From positions 1 through 64,000 of the forward strand of contig QPGO01000181.1 in assembly GCA_008632985.1 (NCBI GenBank): 64,000 nt of DNA. The letters run 5' to 3'. Within the stretch, counting starts at the first letter, position 1; each line of letters begins with the position of its first letter. The notes beneath the pieces are model-generated. The model did not search any database. It was not told where the DNA came from and was given only the letters and a program-made list of their open reading frames with translations. This DNA comes from Psammoneis japonica (taxonomy: Eukaryota). The position numbers were made by a program, and so were the translations under genes. This document shows, in pieces, positions 61,101 through 64,000 of the stretch.

Positions 61101-63274
61101 CAACATGAACAGGTCGTCATGCATGCACATTTCCACAAGTTTGTCCCTGTTGACGAGCATGATCTCAGCAAGATTGTGTCAAACAAATGGTGCTCCAACA
61201 CATGCGATGACCTCTCCCAGGACTTTGACTGTGAGAAAGACTTGCTCTTGCCAATTGGCTCATGCACTGATCAGACAGGGACTGATGCCTGTCAAATGCA
61301 TCCCCTTGAACCCTGTGCATTTTGCATTCTTCTTGCCAAGGCATGTGCGGGAGCGTGATTGTGCTTGGCATCACCTTGGGTTCATGCCAAGCACAGCAGA
61401 CAAGGGTGGGGTGAGTGGTGCACTTGATGAGAATGGGAATGTGAATGAAGATGATTCACAATGACAAGTGGGCGAGTCTTCTTCAAACATGCAGGCTTGC
61501 CATGACATGTTGTCTTTTCTCTTGGCCCTTCAGGATGGTAAACTTGGGCAGTGTTTGCCAGCTCATGTGCATCTTCCTTGTACAAGGGCCAATGTTTGGT
61601 GATCAGAAGTCACAAGACTTTGTCTGCGGATGGAAAGCAACCAATGGTGGCAGAGCCAGTTGAGTGCATTGCTTCTGCATGTGTTCCGTCAATGATGTTA
61701 CAAACACTTCCCATCCAACCAATGAGCTTGGACTTTCTTGTTCTCCTGTCAATGTGAAGATTGTGCCCCATCTTAACAAGCCAGCACTTGGATGCACCGG
61801 CTCCACTTTAGCAGTTAGCAAGGACAATCCATGGATGGCTGCCTCAAGAGACAACAGAAGCTTGTGCGGTGGCCCTTCTTTCCTGTTAACACACAATGCA
61901 CCCGCTGTGAAATGCATTTGATGGTGTCAATTTCAGAAACAATCCATGGGGTGTGTTTTCAGCAATGGCTGACAATCACCTTCATTCCTGGGAAGCGGGT
62001 GGTGTGGAGAACATCACACAAGTCTTGCACTTTGGACTTGCCAAGACAAAGAAGGAAAACTTTGAGATGGAGCTGAAAGCTGTCATTGGAAGCTGCAGGT
62101 CCATGGCCTTGGCACAATGCCCCAGAGTTTGCTTAAGTTTTGATCGCACAATTGCCAGGTTGCAGAATTTGACCCGATTTGTGTTCTTGCAGGAACACTT
62201 GAAGGTGGAGTGGAGCTCACGTTCCACCAACTCTTGGCATTTTTGTGCCACACCTTTCTCCAAGGCACACAAGTGTCGATGCAAGCCTTGACACATTCCA
62301 GATGTTCAGCAAGGATCTTCTTGGTAACCTTCCCATCCTTCAACTTCTGCTGCATGTTCATCAGGGTCAAAACATTGTCACAAAACAGCACAAACTGCTT
62401 CCTCTTTTTGCAGCCAGAAAAAACAATGGTGGACCAGTGGCAAAAATTACCATGCTCTTTATGGACGTGAGGCAGAAAGCAACAGTCCGTTGTGGCAGCA
62501 GCGATGCTCAGGCATTGTGCAAAAAAAATCCAACTTGGATGTGAAGCTGGTGATCTGCAGGAAGCAAGGGTCCTTGCCAAGTCAATCATGCACTGTCATC
62601 TTGCACAAATCATTGATGATTGCACAGAGATTTTTGCCAAATTGGAAAAGATGTGAAGCTGGTGATCTGCAGGAAGCAAGGGTCCTTGCCAAGTCAATCA
62701 TGCACTGTCATCTTGCATAAATCATTGATGATTGCACAGAGATTTTTGCCAAATTGGAAAAGATTGGAAAAGGATTCGGCCAGCTTGCGGTGCTCTAGAA
62801 CACACCTCCCATCTCAATGGTGAAAACACAACCAGCAACAACTTTTTGAATGATGAAAGCAATCTTTGTACCCAAGAGAATGGGTGACTGTGTCATCAAC
62901 CATCAACACTTCCATGAAGAAAATGGGAGGCTTGATTCTGGTGGTTGTAACAAACAAAGGGGAGAGCAATGAGATCAGCAGAGGGAGTCCACACTCGGAA
63001 GTCTCAAGAAAGTGCTGATGGTGTAGCTGTGTCTCAATGATTTTTTTTTTAAATTGAGCCTTGGTCTTACAGGCGCTGCCAACACCATCAGTGCACACTT
63101 CAGCTTGGTTGTCAAGCACAGAACCATCGCTTCCATCAAAAGAATCATCATCTGCATTGTTTTCGTCAGAAAAAGAAAGATCACTGGCATGACCATCAAG
63201 GTCTCTGGATGCATGCGGCATCCTGGCATGAGATTTGCTTTGGCTGGTCAAGTTGTTGCCATCGGAGTCGTCAT
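58153..63274 (+). mobile_element. Plavaka-like element copy 2, inverted, internally deleted, one TIR only
   Basis: Starts ATCAGAGGCCTGT; accessory ORF on - (59950-58589); transposase on + (60400-62130, including GDQKSQDFVCG and MADNHLHSWEAG); 62130-63274 is the reverse complement of ~9380-10390. Confidence 0.82.
62538..62761. repeat. Near-perfect tandem duplication, 2 x 112 bp
   Basis: GATGTGAAGCTGGTGATCTGC...CCAAATTGGAAAA twice; the only difference seen is C62606 vs T62718. Confidence 0.92.
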
Positions 63275-64000
63275 GACAGAATTTGAACAAGATTTTAGTT
63301 TATCACACATGATTATGTGTGCTCTTAGTTCCGCGCGTGTCACGAGATGTAGTTTGCTTTCGAGCCACACGGCTCACAAGAACAATGACAGTAGTGCCGA
63401 CATCACGACACCAGTCTTTCAGCTCCTGCAATGGTCTCTGCACGGAGACTCATCTGCCATTTAGACAGCAGCAAGGAGTTGTTGTTTTCTTCCACCCAGT
63501 CATCTTCATTTTCTGTCAGATTAACAGTCTTGCTCTTTATTGTCCATTGAGCGTTCATCATCGTCATCGAGAAATTTTCGACGATGCGCACCGTTGGCGG
63601 TGGAAGTACATGTCTACCTTCTTCACTGCTGGATGCTGGATTAAATCTACACATTTGGATTTATCCAACACCTCCCATCATTGCATGTGTTTGTTCAACG
63701 GACATTTGTTTGGTCAGGAATTCCCGAATTCTCAGAAATCTGAGATTCCGGATTCCCCGCAGCAGATTCTGCCCTGGTTGGCAGACAGACCAATCCATCT
63801 GCTCGTGCTCATGTGCGCACGACATGAGCCCTTGACTCTGGCCCTGCTTCGCACATGCCAAGTCCACCACCTTGCATCTGCACCGGATTGCTGGTCTTCT
63901 GCAGTCCTGCAAGGTCCACGAACATTGGGGCAAGGGCACAGTTCCCGCGTTTGTTCGTCCCTCCACAGTGCCAAATTTGGCCGGCCTGATCGGGTCATCC

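Noticed and set aside
1..64000. Classical fungal RIP, or CpG decay alone, as the cause of the composition
   Set aside because: Both are C->T processes. RIP increases TpA, and neither converts Tyr codons to Cys/His codons. CpG decay is present but explains only part of the pattern.
1..64000. Alternative genetic code or a uniform sequencing artefact
   Set aside because: The three host genes in the same contig translate cleanly with normal Tyr usage, intact motifs and TAA/TGA stops. A raw-read check is still advisable.

Overview
Eukaryotic, diatom-like (ochrophyte) DNA. Three intact intron-containing host genes sit in two islands. Island ~2.4-4.7 kb holds a CELF/Bruno three-RRM RNA-binding protein. 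Island ~23.2-30.2 kb holds a PAS-LRR-receiver protein, tail-to-tail with an aureochrome of the AUREO2 type. The rest is nested, decayed transposons: CRE-like RLE non-LTR elements, several Ty1/copia elements, an apparently endonuclease-less Penelope-like element with hammerhead-like motifs, and two copies of a large Plavaka-like TIR DNA transposon. Two observations stand out. (1) The transposon DNA, but not the genes, has lost almost all TpA as well as much CpG, through TA->TG/CA transitions that turn conserved Tyr into Cys/His. This is a repeat-restricted hypermutation running opposite to fungal RIP. (2) The 10.3-kb Plavaka-like element carries a spliced cargo gene whose motifs resemble a TET/JBP-like dioxygenase, a helical ExxLC domain and a SAM-dependent methyltransferase, i.e. 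a possible transposon-borne DNA-modification cassette. All domain calls are by eye from motifs, TE boundaries are approximate, and no database search was run.
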